Shown piece by piece: positions 9,418 through 20,089 of a stretch of 64,000 bases of DNA. This stretch comes from Candidatus Dojkabacteria bacterium UBA2259. Lineage in GTDB: Bacteria; Patescibacteriota; Dojkabacteria; SC72. The first letter of the stretch is position 1. Each line of letters begins with the position of its first letter. A model generated the notes under the pieces. The model worked only from the letters and a program-made list of their open reading frames with translations, was not told where the DNA came from and ran no database searches. The stretch is taken from contig DDXN01000001.1 of the NCBI GenBank assembly GCA_002347605.1, positions 9,701-73,700 of the forward strand, written 5' to 3'. The position numbers and the translations under genes are program-made.

Positions 9418-12400
9418 TTAAATTTTAATCTCTTCTAGATCCTTTATCTCTGTTAGCGCAGCACTCGCTCCAGATGGAATCCTTCTTCCAATTATTACAT
9501 TCTCTTTCATACCTCGAAGGAAGTCTGTCTTACCAAGAATTGCACTATTAGTTAAAACTCTTACCTGCTCTTGGAATGACATAGCCGAAAGGAAGCTTTC
9601 TGTATACAGTGCAGAGGCTTTAATACCAAGTAATTTTGGAACTATTCTAGCTTTTCTCTGTCCCTTATCTACAAGTATTCTGTTTTTTACATCTGATACA
9701 AACCTATTTACCATTGATCCAACCAAATACTCGGTATCCCCTGAGCTCATAACTTTTCCTAATCTTGCCATCTGTCTAATAATTACCTCAATATGAAGGT
9801 CATCAATTGCAACAGCTTGCTCATTGAAAACTTTCTGTACTTGATCAAGTATGTACTTTTGTGCAACCTGAAGACCAGCGACCTCTGCTAACTTCTTAGG
9901 GTCAACTGCACCACCTACAAGTTGTGTACCTGCCTCAATCTCTTGGCCATCATGAACCAAAATCTCAATATTTGGTAAAACAGATACGCTCTCTTCTGCT
10001 TTAACTGAGCCCGAAAGAGTTAATACTCCTCCCTCTATTTTCACATCACCCTCAAACGGTGCCTGTTTTTCCATCCCCTCAGAATCAATATATATAGCTT
10101 GACCACCCTTTACCTTAGCTCCATCAGTAACCAATACACTCTTAGCATCAGAAACAACTTCTTCTTTTATCATATCTCTCTTTCCTACAATTGTTATTGT
10201 TGCGGAATCATCTTCTGCCCTATCTATATGTACCTTTCCACTAATACTGGATATTTCGGCTTCTGCTTTTGGAGACCTTGCTTCAAACAACTCTTCAATC
10301 CTAGGCAATCCTTGTGTTATATCTGTGGTCTGAACACCTCCTTTATGGAATGTCTGCATAGTCATTTGGGTACCAGGTTCACCAATGGATTGAGCAGCAA
10401 TTACTCCAACAGCTTTACCCATTTCTATCTCTTCACCATTTTCCAGATTAAGACCGTAACACTTCTTACACATTCCTAAGGGTGATTTACATAGAATTGG
10501 TGTTCTAACAGATACCTCTTCAATTCCCTCATTGTTTATTTTTTCTGAAAGCTCTCTTGTAATCTGTTCGTTCTTTTTGATTATGACATTTCCTTTGGAA
10601 TCTTTTAAATCCTTTGCAACTACTCTTCCAAACAATCTTTTGTCAAATGGCATTCTTCTATCATCACTTCTTCTAATTGGGAATCCGTCTCCTTCATATC
10701 CACAATCGTCAACCCTAATTATTACATCATGTGCAACATCGACTAATTTTCTAGTTAAATAGCCTGAAGAAGAAGTCCTTAAAGATCTATCAGCAATACC
10801 TTTTCTTCCACCATTTGCTGAAACAAAGTATTCAAATGCATTAAGCCCATCTCTATAGTTTCCCTTAATTGGAAGTGGGACCCAATTTCCTCTAGAATCC
10901 CTAACTACACCTTTAATTGTTAATACCTGTCTTGCCTGAATCTTTCCACCATTTGCCCTTGATTCAACCATTTCATATACAGGATTATTCTTGTCCAATG
11001 TCTTCCATGCTTCATCTGCTAAATCAGAAGCAAAGTCATTCCACATCTCTGTAGAAAGATTAATCTTCTCTTTCTCAGTAATCAGTCCTTGAAGATAGTT
11101 TTCCTGGAGTTGAATATCCTTCTCTTCCATCTCTTTAATCTGAAGTTTTACATCAAAATCTACCTTACAATCTTCAGTACCAAATGAGAAACCAAGGTTA
11201 GTAGCAAATTTAAATCCCATTTCTTTGAGATTGTCTAAAAGCTCAACTACTACTTCTAAAGGATATTTATCCTTTATGCCTTCAACAATATGTGAGATTG
11301 TTTCTCCACTAACTCTTTCGTTAACAAATGGGTATCCTTGTGGCATGATACTGTTGAAAATACATCTCCCAACAGAAGTACTTACTACTTCTTCACCGAT
11401 TTTAACAAGTATCTCCTCACTTATACTAATAATCTCTCTTTCATATGCTTTTATTGCTAAATCAACTGAACCAAAGATTCTTGGTTTTTTACTCTCGTTT
11501 TTGTCAGTCATTAGGTAGAAACCAATTAACATATCTTTTGCTGGGGTAGCTAATACCTCGCCATTAGATATATTAACAATATTTCTAGATGCCATAATAT
11601 CTCTTTTAGCCTCTTCTAATGCCTCTTGGGTTAGAAGTACATGAACAGACATTTGATCTCCATCGAAGTCGGCATTGAAAGCTTTACATACTAATGGGTG
11701 TAACCTAATAGCTTCTCCCTCAACTAGCTTAGGATAGAAGGCTTGAATACTATATTTGTGTAGTGTAGGCGCACGATTCAGCAACACAGGTTTCCCATCT
11801 ATGACCTTTTCTAAGATATCCCATATCATATCCTCTTCCTCTTCTATCATGTCTTTTGCAACCCTAACATTTGGTGCAAACTCTTTATCTAATAGCTCGT
11901 GTATTACAAAGGGCTTGAACATCTCTAGTGCAACAGACTTTGGGATACCACACTGGTCTAATTTCAAGCTAGGGTCTCCAACAATAACGGCACGGCCAGA
12001 GTAGTCAACTCTTTTACCTAGAAGATTCTTTCTAAAGATTCCCTTTTTACCTCTTAAATCGTCCGTAAGTGATTGGTATGGTAATCTCTTACTGTTCATC
12101 ATAGCCTTAGATGGCCTATGAGAGTTATCTATTACAGCATCCACAGACTCTTGGAGCATTCTTTTCTCATTTCTTAATATTACATCTGGTGCTCCTATCT
12201 CAATCAATCTAGCTAACCTATTATTTCTGTTAATTACCCTCCTGTACAAATCATTTAAATCAGAAGTAGCAAATTTACCCCCTGAGAGAGGAATAATTGG
12301 CCTTAACTCTGGTGGAAGTACTGGCAGAATCTCAATAACCATCCAACTTGGGTCAATACCATTTTGATTAAAACCTTCTAGATACTGTATTCTCCTTATT

Positions 12401-13302
12401 GTAGAAAGTTTTTTATCTCCTTTCTCTTTCTTAACATCCCTTCTTAATCTTTCTAACTCTTCATCAACATTAAGATCTTTTAGAAGTTTCTTTACTGCCT
12501 CTGCACCCATCATCGCTGTAAAGAAAAGTAGCTCTCTATCATACAGATCAATATATTCATCCTCCGTTAATACTGACCCTATTTCAACTTTTTCAATAAT
12601 CTGCTGTAATTTAGAGTAGAAGTTATCAACCTCTTCCTCTCTCTCTGCGAAATCTTTTCTTACCTTTGCAACCGCCTGTTTTTTTCTGTGATCTAACTGG
12701 TTAATCTTAAAATCTGTTCCTCCCTTTTCCTTTTTGGAAGCTTTGATATCTGCATCGTATGTAGCCTCTGTTGCTTTTAACTCCTCTTCTAACTCAACCT
12801 TTAGGTCATTAAATTCATCTTTCTTTAACTTCTCAATCTTTGATACCATATCCTTTCTCTTGTCCTCTTCAATCTCTACCACCATATATCTTGTGTAGTA
12901 TATTACAGACAAGAGTTTCTTATGTGACATATCCAAAACGATAGACATCTTGTTAGGAATCCCATATGCAAACCAAACATGAGCCACAGGAACAGCTAAC
13001 TTGATATGGCCCATTCTCTCTCTTCTTACATCCTTAGTAGTAACTTCTACACCACACTTATCACAAACTATTCCCTTATATCTAATCTTTTTATACTTAC
13101 CACAGTAACATTCATAGTTTTTTGTAGGACCAAATATCTTTTCACAGAACAAACCATCTGGTTCAGCTCTAAATGTTCTGTAGTTGATTGTTTCAGCTTT
13201 TGTTACCTCTCCATATGACCAATCCAGTATCTGGTCAGAAGAGGCTAACGTTAGTCTTAATGCATCGAAATCTTCGAATGCGTTTTTAGTATGATTATTC
13301 AT
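9418..13302 (-). CDS. rpoC: RNA polymerase beta' subunit
   Basis: NADFDGDQM, LLGKRVDYSGR, QSIGEPGTQ, N-terminal Zn-binding cysteines. Confidence 0.99.
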   Translation of the reverse strand: MNNHTKNAFEDFDALRLTLASSDQILDWSYGEVTKAETINYRTFRAEPDGLFCEKIFGPTKNYECYCGKYKKIRYKGIVCDKCGVEVTTKDVRRERMGHIKLAVPVAHVWFAYGIPNKMSIVLDMSHKKLLSVIYYTRYMVVEIEEDKRKDMVSKIEKLKKDEFNDLKVELEEELKATEATYDADIKASKKEKGGTDFKINQLDHRKKQAVAKVRKDFAEREEEVDNFYSKLQQIIEKVEIGSVLTEDEYIDLYDRELLFFTAMMGAEAVKKLLKDLNVDEELERLRRDVKKEKGDKKLSTIRRIQYLEGFNQNGIDPSWMVIEILPVLPPELRPIIPLSGGKFATSDLNDLYRRVINRNNRLARLIEIGAPDVILRNEKRMLQESVDAVIDNSHRPSKAMMNSKRLPYQSLTDDLRGKKGIFRKNLLGKRVDYSGRAVIVGDPSLKLDQCGIPKSVALEMFKPFVIHELLDKEFAPNVRVAKDMIEEEEDMIWDILEKVIDGKPVLLNRAPTLHKYSIQAFYPKLVEGEAIRLHPLVCKAFNADFDGDQMSVHVLLTQEALEEAKRDIMASRNIVNISNGEVLATPAKDMLIGFYLMTDKNESKKPRIFGSVDLAIKAYEREIISISEEILVKIGEEVVSTSVGRCIFNSIMPQGYPFVNERVSGETISHIVEGIKDKYPLEVVVELLDNLKEMGFKFATNLGFSFGTEDCKVDFDVKLQIKEMEEKDIQLQENYLQGLITEKEKINLSTEMWNDFASDLADEAWKTLDKNNPVYEMVESRANGGKIQARQVLTIKGVVRDSRGNWVPLPIKGNYRDGLNAFEYFVSANGGRKGIADRSLRTSSSGYLTRKLVDVAHDVIIRVDDCGYEGDGFPIRRSDDRRMPFDKRLFGRVVAKDLKDSKGNVIIKKNEQITRELSEKINNEGIEEVSVRTPILCKSPLGMCKKCYGLNLENGEEIEMGKAVGVIAAQSIGEPGTQMTMQTFHKGGVQTTDITQGLPRIEELFEARSPKAEAEISSISGKVHIDRAEDDSATITIVGKRDMIKEEVVSDAKSVLVTDGAKVKGGQAIYIDSEGMEKQAPFEGDVKIEGGVLTLSGSVKAEESVSVLPNIEILVHDGQEIEAGTQLVGGAVDPKKLAEVAGLQVAQKYILDQVQKVFNEQAVAIDDLHIEVIIRQMARLGKVMSSGDTEYLVGSMVNRFVSDVKNRILVDKGQRKARIVPKLLGIKASALYTESFLSAMSFQEQVRVLTNSAILGKTDFLRGMKENVIIGRRIPSGASAALTEIKDLEEIKI

Positions 13303-16300
13303 TCTCTATGACCTCCTCAGACTTTTTAGAAATTAATTCCATATTTAAACAGAGAGCGTTTAGCTCTTTTATTAATACTTTAAAAGATTCTGGAACATTT
13401 ACACTCTCTATCTTCTCTCCATGAATTATAGCTTTGTAAGCACTAGACCTACCCTTTATGTCATCAGATTTAATTGTTAACATTTCTTGCAAAGCGTAAG
13501 GTGCACCATGAGATTCAAGTGCCCAGACTTCCATTTCTCCAAATCTCTGTCCACCTCTCTGAGCTTTTCCACTTAAAGGCTGTTGTGTTACTGCAGTATA
13601 TGGTCCAGTGGATCTAGCATGAACCTTTTCATCAGCAATATGGTGTAACTTTAATATATACTTCATACCTACTGTAACCTTTCGTGGGAATTTCTTACCC
13701 GTTCTACCATCGTATAGATCTGTTTTTTGTTCAATTTTATACCCCTGCTTCTTCATTTCCTTTTCTAACCACTCCATATTTACTTCCTCAAAAAGTGGGA
13801 ACGCAAATTTATCCTTAAGAAGTTTCGCATACAGTCCGAAGTGAACTTCCTCTGCTTGACCCATGTTCATTCTTTTTAAGAAAGTAGGTGTAAGAACAAT
13901 ATCAACTGGTTCCCCATCTGCTGTAAAAGGCATATCCTCAATTGGGCGAATTGCAGAAACAGTGTTTTTATCCCCATGTCTACCTGATATTTTATCTCCA
14001 TAACCTAATTTTTTAGTATCAGCAACCCATATCTTTACCTCTTCTAACACTCCAGGTGGTAATTTGTCTCCCTTGTTTGCAGAGAGTCTCTGAGAGTGTA
14101 TTACAATTCCTTCCTCTCCATGTGGTAATCGAAGCGAGTTATCTCGGACATCACTTGCAGACTCACCAAAGATTGCTCTAAGCAATCTTTCCTCAGCTGT
14201 TAATTCTTTTTCTCCCCTTGGTGCAATAACACCAACAAGAATGTCTCCTGCCTTTACTTTCATTCCTTCTCTTACTATTCCTAACATATCTAATTTTTGT
14301 AAAATCCTATCATTAACATGTGGAATATCAGCTGTAATTAACTCAGGTCCTAACTCTGTATCTCTTACTTCAACCTTATGCTCTCTAATGTTTATGGATG
14401 TTAAAAGATCATCTCTAACAATTCTTTCAGAGATAACCACAGCATCCTCATAGTTATACCCTTCATAGAACATTAAAGCTGCCCTAAGATTTATACCAAT
14501 AGCTAATTCACCTCCTACACATGTAGGTCCATCAACTATGGCATCTCCTTTTTTAAATTTCTGACCCAGTTTTACTGCTGACTTCTGTGAGAAAGACCTG
14601 TTATCATTTGTTCTGTAGAAGTTAACTAATTTGTAATCCTGTATCCCATTCTTTTTGTATTTAACAGTCACCCTGTTTGCATCAACATACGTGACCTCTC
14701 CATCGTCTATTGCAAATACTGACCAGTTAGATTGTCTTGCAACAATTTCTTCAACCCCAGTCCCAACTAATGGTGCCTCCTGTTTAACTAAAGGAACTCC
14801 CTGTCTCTGCATATTAGCACCGGCTAGTGCTCTCATCGCTTCGTCATGAGAAACAAATGGAATTAAAGCCATACCTAAACCTGCCTGTTGATATGTTAAT
14901 ACATCTACATGACTAACAAGATTAACATCCTCTAAAATGAAATCTCCTGCGTGTCTTACAGGAACTAATAGCTCAAGTATGTTGTTGTATTCATCAGTAT
15001 TAACAGATGGAATACTAATATATTTATCCTCTTCATCCAAAGCATCAAAGTAATCAACCTCTTCAGAGATGAAGGGCTTTACTTTAAGTGTCTTAATATC
15101 TTTTTTAGCAGTAATTTTTTCAGACAATTCTTTTGTAATCATTGTCCCACTCTTTGCGATTCCTTTTATATCCTCATCTAATATCCTGTTTAAGACCTCT
15201 GTTTTGGTATTCTTTACACTCTTTTTTACTCTTCTGTATGGAGACTCTAAAAATCCATACTCATTTACTCTTGCAAGAATGGAAAGCTGTGTAACTACAC
15301 CTATATTTGCACTCTCAGGACTTGTTACTGGGTCAAATTTCGCATACTGAGAGTTATGAACCTCACGAATTGAAAAGGTTGCCCTCTCTTTGACAATACC
15401 ACCAGGACCAGCAGCTGTAACTTTCCTTTTATGCTCTAATTCAGCTAGAATATTTGTTTGATCCATAAATGCAGAAAGCTGATTTGCACCAAAGAAAGAC
15501 TGAATGGAAGCTGCAATAGGTTTTGTACCAACTAACATAGATGGAGTAACCTTTGCATCCTGTCCATACAAACTCATTTTATCTTTGATATTCTTCTCTA
15601 ATCTTCTAATACCAGCAAGTAACTGTCTCTCTAATACTTCACCCACACTTCTAATTCTCCTATTAAAGAGATGGTCTATATCATCTGGTGCATCTACACC
15701 ATTATTTATTCTTATTAATTTCTTTACTATTAATATGATATCTTCCGGATACAAAACTGCTTCATCTGGTTTATTTACATCGTATGATGTTCCTAATTTT
15801 CTGTTTAACTGATATCTTCCAATTTTACCCAAATCAAACTTTCTTTTATTAAAGAAATTGCTCTTAATATATTTTTCTGCACTCTCTATGGTAACGGATT
15901 CGTCTGGTCTTAATTTGTTGTAAATACTAATAATTGCATCCTCTTTGCTCTTTGTAAAATCTCGAGCTAATGTAGCCTCTATATATTTGTACTCCTCATG
16001 TGTATCCACATCTTTAAAAAGTTTAAGAATCTCCTGATCACTCTCGTAACCAAGAAGTCTTAAAAATTCAGTAACTAATACCCTCGGTCTTTTAGGTAAT
16101 ATTCTCATTGAGATAACATTGTATTTATTTGTTTCTATCTCATACCAAGGACCTCTTCCAGGCATAAGTCTTGCTTTATACAAAGTTCTGTATGGAAGAA
16201 CATCTGCCTCTTCAAAGAGAACTCCCTCGGCTCTGACTATCTGGTGTGTAACAACTCTTCGAACACCATTAACTATAAAGGAACCATCATCTGTCATCAT

Positions 16301-16648
16301 TGGTAAATCTGCAACAAAAATCTCTTGCTCTTTAATCTCTCCTGTCTTGTTGTTTAGAAGTTGAACTGTTGCATATACAGGAATTTCATAGGAAAGCCCC
16401 TTTGCTAAAGCTTCCTCTATACCTCTGTACGGATCTCCATATCTGAAAGATTTGAATTCCAGTGTCCACATCCTCTCCATTGTGTCCTTTACTGGGTTGA
16501 TTTCCTCAAAGAGTCTATCAAAACCTCCGTCATAAAAATCTTTGAACGAAGATTTCTGAGCTTCTATTAGACTGGGTATCTCGAATGAAGAAGAGAAGCC
16601 TTTTCCGAGATTCAATCTAGAGGCTCTATTTCGCTTGGGTTCTATCAT
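13295..16648 (-). CDS. rpoB: RNA polymerase beta subunit
   Basis: FMDQTN, GANMQRQ, GYNYEDA, HARSTGPY, GGQRFGEMEVWALE. Confidence 0.99.
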   Translation of the reverse strand: MIEPKRNRASRLNLGKGFSSSFEIPSLIEAQKSSFKDFYDGGFDRLFEEINPVKDTMERMWTLEFKSFRYGDPYRGIEEALAKGLSYEIPVYATVQLLNNKTGEIKEQEIFVADLPMMTDDGSFIVNGVRRVVTHQIVRAEGVLFEEADVLPYRTLYKARLMPGRGPWYEIETNKYNVISMRILPKRPRVLVTEFLRLLGYESDQEILKLFKDVDTHEEYKYIEATLARDFTKSKEDAIISIYNKLRPDESVTIESAEKYIKSNFFNKRKFDLGKIGRYQLNRKLGTSYDVNKPDEAVLYPEDIILIVKKLIRINNGVDAPDDIDHLFNRRIRSVGEVLERQLLAGIRRLEKNIKDKMSLYGQDAKVTPSMLVGTKPIAASIQSFFGANQLSAFMDQTNILAELEHKRKVTAAGPGGIVKERATFSIREVHNSQYAKFDPVTSPESANIGVVTQLSILARVNEYGFLESPYRRVKKSVKNTKTEVLNRILDEDIKGIAKSGTMITKELSEKITAKKDIKTLKVKPFISEEVDYFDALDEEDKYISIPSVNTDEYNNILELLVPVRHAGDFILEDVNLVSHVDVLTYQQAGLGMALIPFVSHDEAMRALAGANMQRQGVPLVKQEAPLVGTGVEEIVARQSNWSVFAIDDGEVTYVDANRVTVKYKKNGIQDYKLVNFYRTNDNRSFSQKSAVKLGQKFKKGDAIVDGPTCVGGELAIGINLRAALMFYEGYNYEDAVVISERIVRDDLLTSINIREHKVEVRDTELGPELITADIPHVNDRILQKLDMLGIVREGMKVKAGDILVGVIAPRGEKELTAEERLLRAIFGESASDVRDNSLRLPHGEEGIVIHSQRLSANKGDKLPPGVLEEVKIWVADTKKLGYGDKISGRHGDKNTVSAIRPIEDMPFTADGEPVDIVLTPTFLKRMNMGQAEEVHFGLYAKLLKDKFAFPLFEEVNMEWLEKEMKKQGYKIEQKTDLYDGRTGKKFPRKVTVGMKYILKLHHIADEKVHARSTGPYTAVTQQPLSGKAQRGGQRFGEMEVWALESHGAPYALQEMLTIKSDDIKGRSSAYKAIIHGEKIESVNVPESFKVLIKELNALCLNMELISKKSEEVIENE

Positions 16649-16772
16649 AGAACAGTGATTTATAGGTTATAAATTACATCCAACAAAGCGATAAATCCTA
16701 AACCACTCTAAAAATGATCTAGGAAAACTGTAATAACCGCTTTAATTAAAGCAAAAATTAGGTAACTTAGCG

Positions 16773-16801
16773 AGTCTATCACATTTGAACGATATAGTCA
16801 A
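16773..16801 (-). promoter_or_regulatory. sigma70 promoter of rpoBC
   Basis: Minus strand TTGACT, 17 bp, TG-n-TAGACT, about 125 bp upstream of rpoB. Confidence 0.65.
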
Positions 16802-16908
16802 AGGATTCTTACATCTTTTGCAATCCTTTTACATAAAGGATAATATATGTTGAGGAGTCTTTGTCAAAAGACCTATGTTCCTCTATTATTATATATATCT
16901 TTACTACG

Positions 16909-19113
16909 ATGTCACGGAAGAAAAAAAAGAAAGAAATCAATATTAAAAGCTCAGAGACCAAAATATTCTTTGGTTTAGTACTTCTGGTGCTTGGTATTGC
17001 ATTGATTTTAACCCCCTTTATTAAAGACGAAGCCGATATCTTCATCTACATCTCAACTTTACTTGGGTGGCCATCAATGGTTTGGGGAATAGCCGTTAGT
17101 GCAATATCAATTAATTTACTTACTCAGGGTAAGAATTTTAATAAAAAGATTCAGATATTAGGATTTCTTCTTCTTTCTGTCTCACTTAACACCCTTTTAA
17201 CTTTCTGGATTCCTGTCGACACATTAGAAAACACAGCTACTTTGCAAAAAGCAGGTGGTACTCTTGGAAAAATTATTCATGTTGCACTAAATGATACAAT
17301 GGGCGATATTTTAGAGCTCATAATAGTACTAATAGTACTAATCGTTGCCTTCTCCTTCATAACTGGAATAGCCATTAAACAGATTGCAGAGGTAATTAGC
17401 CAACTCTTTACAAAGATTAATATAAATGATTTGAAGGGGAAAATTGGAAGTACTGTAAGTGAAGGGAAGATGATAATTAGTGGAGCAGATGGTGAGGATG
17501 ATGGCTTAGATATTGATCAAAACGAGCAGATACATATTCAAGAGGGTATCCACGAGATAGCCCAAAATCCTGTCATAGCTCCAATAAGTCCAATTCCTGT
17601 GGAACCGAACCTAGTTGATAACAACAAGAGTCACAATATTGATACTGCTCCTGCTAAACCAAAATATCTAAACTGGAAATATCCAAGTATTGATAAGTTA
17701 CAAGAACCCTTAAAAACAGAACAGCCAAAAGAGGTCTACAAAAATGAAGCAAGAGTAATTGAAAGTGTACTTAGAAGTTTTAAAATCCCTGCAAAAGTTG
17801 TAGAGATTACGATAGGACCAACCGTTGTAAGATACGCCCTTTCCATACCTGCTGGTGTTGCAGTAAATAGAGTTAAAAGACAAAGTAGCGATATAGAGGT
17901 GGCACTAAGAGTATCAAGAGGTATGATGAGAATAGAAGCCCCTATACCAGGTACATCATATATAGGAATAGAGATACCAAATAAGAGTCCTAACTACGTG
18001 TATATGAAAGAGATGGCTAGAAAACTCCTTTCAGAAGCAGATAGATATGAGCTTCCTCTAATACTTGGAAGGGATATTGCTGGAAAACCTGAAATTAGAG
18101 ATTTAGTTAATATGCCACATCTTTTAGTTGCAGGTATGACCAGAGCTGGAAAATCTGTAGGTATAAACTCCATACTTGGAGGTTTTCTTCTTTCTAAAAC
18201 ACCTGATGAATTAAGGTTACTTCTTGTAGACCCTAAAATTGTTGAAATGGAGGCATATAATGGGATACCACATCTACTTGCACCAGTTATTAACGATATG
18301 GAACTTGTTGTTAATGCACTGCAGTGGGCAATAGTTGAAATGATGAAAAGATATAGAATGTTAAAGCAGGTATTAACAAAAAATATTGTTCAGTACAATC
18401 AGAAAATGGGGTACCCTGCAATGCCATATTTAATAATCGTGATCGATGAAATGGCTGACTTAATGCTTGTTGCAGGACCAGAGGTTGAAGCAAAAATACA
18501 AAGAATTGCGCAAATGGGAAGAGCTGTTGGTATACACTTAATTCTAGCCACACAAAAACCCGTAGTTACAGTAATAACTGGATTAATAAAATCGAATATC
18601 TCAGGAAGAATAGCCTATGCAGTACCCTCTGCAATGGACTCTAGGGTAATACTTGACCAAACAGGAGCAGAAAATCTCTTAGGTAATGGTGATATGTTGT
18701 ATAAAGATCAAACAATGTCTAAACCAATCAGAATCCAAGGCTGCTTTATATCCACTGAAGATACAATGGATATTATTGAACAAATAAAGACACAGAGTAT
18801 TGAAGAAAACGAAGATGATAAAGTAGATATTATGAAATCTGTTAACTCCGGAATCGGAACCAGTGGGATATCAAACGAGCGAGACCCTGAGTTCCCTCAG
18901 GCACTCCAGGTAGTCATATCAGAGGGAAAAGCATCTGCATCTTTACTACAAAGGAGGTTAAGTATAGGGTACAACAAGGCAGCAAGACTAATGGAACAGC
19001 TTGAAAAGGCTGGCGCTATAGGTAAACAGGATGGAGTCAAACCAAGAGAAGTACTTGTATCATCTTCCTCTGATATCCTGGGAAAATCAGATGATATGTC
19101 GGAGGATTTCTAG
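16909..19113 (+). CDS. ftsK: DNA translocase FtsK/SpoIIIE
   Basis: N-terminal TM segments, RIEAPIPG, PHLLVAG..GKS, VIDEMADLM, DSRVILD, C-terminal gamma domain (SASLLQRRLSIGYNKAARL); ATG at 16909. Confidence 0.97.
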   Translation: MSRKKKKKEINIKSSETKIFFGLVLLVLGIALILTPFIKDEADIFIYISTLLGWPSMVWGIAVSAISINLLTQGKNFNKKIQILGFLLLSVSLNTLLTFWIPVDTLENTATLQKAGGTLGKIIHVALNDTMGDILELIIVLIVLIVAFSFITGIAIKQIAEVISQLFTKININDLKGKIGSTVSEGKMIISGADGEDDGLDIDQNEQIHIQEGIHEIAQNPVIAPISPIPVEPNLVDNNKSHNIDTAPAKPKYLNWKYPSIDKLQEPLKTEQPKEVYKNEARVIESVLRSFKIPAKVVEITIGPTVVRYALSIPAGVAVNRVKRQSSDIEVALRVSRGMMRIEAPIPGTSYIGIEIPNKSPNYVYMKEMARKLLSEADRYELPLILGRDIAGKPEIRDLVNMPHLLVAGMTRAGKSVGINSILGGFLLSKTPDELRLLLVDPKIVEMEAYNGIPHLLAPVINDMELVVNALQWAIVEMMKRYRMLKQVLTKNIVQYNQKMGYPAMPYLIIVIDEMADLMLVAGPEVEAKIQRIAQMGRAVGIHLILATQKPVVTVITGLIKSNISGRIAYAVPSAMDSRVILDQTGAENLLGNGDMLYKDQTMSKPIRIQGCFISTEDTMDIIEQIKTQSIEENEDDKVDIMKSVNSGIGTSGISNERDPEFPQALQVVISEGKASASLLQRRLSIGYNKAARLMEQLEKAGAIGKQDGVKPREVLVSSSSDILGKSDDMSEDF

Positions 19114-19134
19114 ATTTGATATACTCTCTTTAAT

Positions 19135-20064
19135 ATGATAACTGCAGGAGAGGTAATCAAAAATAAAAGGGAGTCCCTTGGTAAAAATTTACATACTGTA
19201 AGTACAGATACAAAGATACAGCAAAGATTCCTAGAATATATTGAGAATAATGAGTTTAATAGGTTTGATTCTGAAATTTTTGCATCTGGATTTCTAAAAA
19301 TATATTCTAAATATCTTGGTTTAGATGAAGAAAAGATACTTGCACTTTACAGGAGAGGAAGACATCCAGTAACAAAAACAACTAAGAAAAACCAAATTAA
19401 CACCGTAAGAAAAAAATTGTCCATATCTCCTAAATCAATTGGCATAATTACTTTAATATTCTTTTTAGCCTCAATCATAGGATATATTGGATATCAGATA
19501 TACAAATTTCAAAAGCCCCCCGCATTAACAGTAACAGAACCCCTAAACGAATATGTCTCAAAAAAAGAGATCATTACAGTAAAAGGAAATACAGAGATAT
19601 CAACCCTTGTAGAAGTAAATGGCTCCCAAGCAACAGTGAACGAAACTGGTGAGTTTGAAATTGAATTGAAATTAAAAACTGGTGTGAATAGTATATCAGT
19701 AAAAGCTTGGAAAGAATCTAATACAAAATTACAGACAACTCATACCCTAAAAGTTATATATTCTCCAGAAGATGAGCTCCCTCTTGAAAATCAACAGGAA
19801 GAATTTCTACTTGTTCTGACAATATCTCAATCTCCTTCTTGGATAAAATTAGATATTGATGGAGAAAGTAAAATATCTCAAGTACTACAACCTAACACAC
19901 AACATGAATATCCTGTATTACAAGGATTCTCGTTGGTAACAGGTAGAATACAAAATACAAAATTACAAATAAATGAGGAGGAGCTTCAAATACCTTCTTC
20001 CAGTACAACTGGTATCGGGCAAATTACCTGCAAAATTGAAAATAACGAATTGTTATGCGAATAG
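19135..20064 (+). CDS. rodZ: RodZ-like HTH membrane protein with Ig-like and DUF4115-like domains
   Basis: N-terminal HTH (GFLKIYSKYLGLD), single TM, periplasmic SWIKLDIDG motif; lies downstream of ftsK. Confidence 0.8.
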   Translation: MITAGEVIKNKRESLGKNLHTVSTDTKIQQRFLEYIENNEFNRFDSEIFASGFLKIYSKYLGLDEEKILALYRRGRHPVTKTTKKNQINTVRKKLSISPKSIGIITLIFFLASIIGYIGYQIYKFQKPPALTVTEPLNEYVSKKEIITVKGNTEISTLVEVNGSQATVNETGEFEIELKLKTGVNSISVKAWKESNTKLQTTHTLKVIYSPEDELPLENQQEEFLLVLTISQSPSWIKLDIDGESKISQVLQPNTQHEYPVLQGFSLVTGRIQNTKLQINEEELQIPSSSTTGIGQITCKIENNELLCE

Positions 20065-20089
20065 TACCAAGAAATTGGTATAATTAGAG

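Noticed and set aside
18130-18156. FtsK Walker A variant AGMTRAGKS as evidence of inactivation
   Set aside because: Still fits GxxxxGKS; Walker B, the GRAVG arginine motif and the gamma domain are intact
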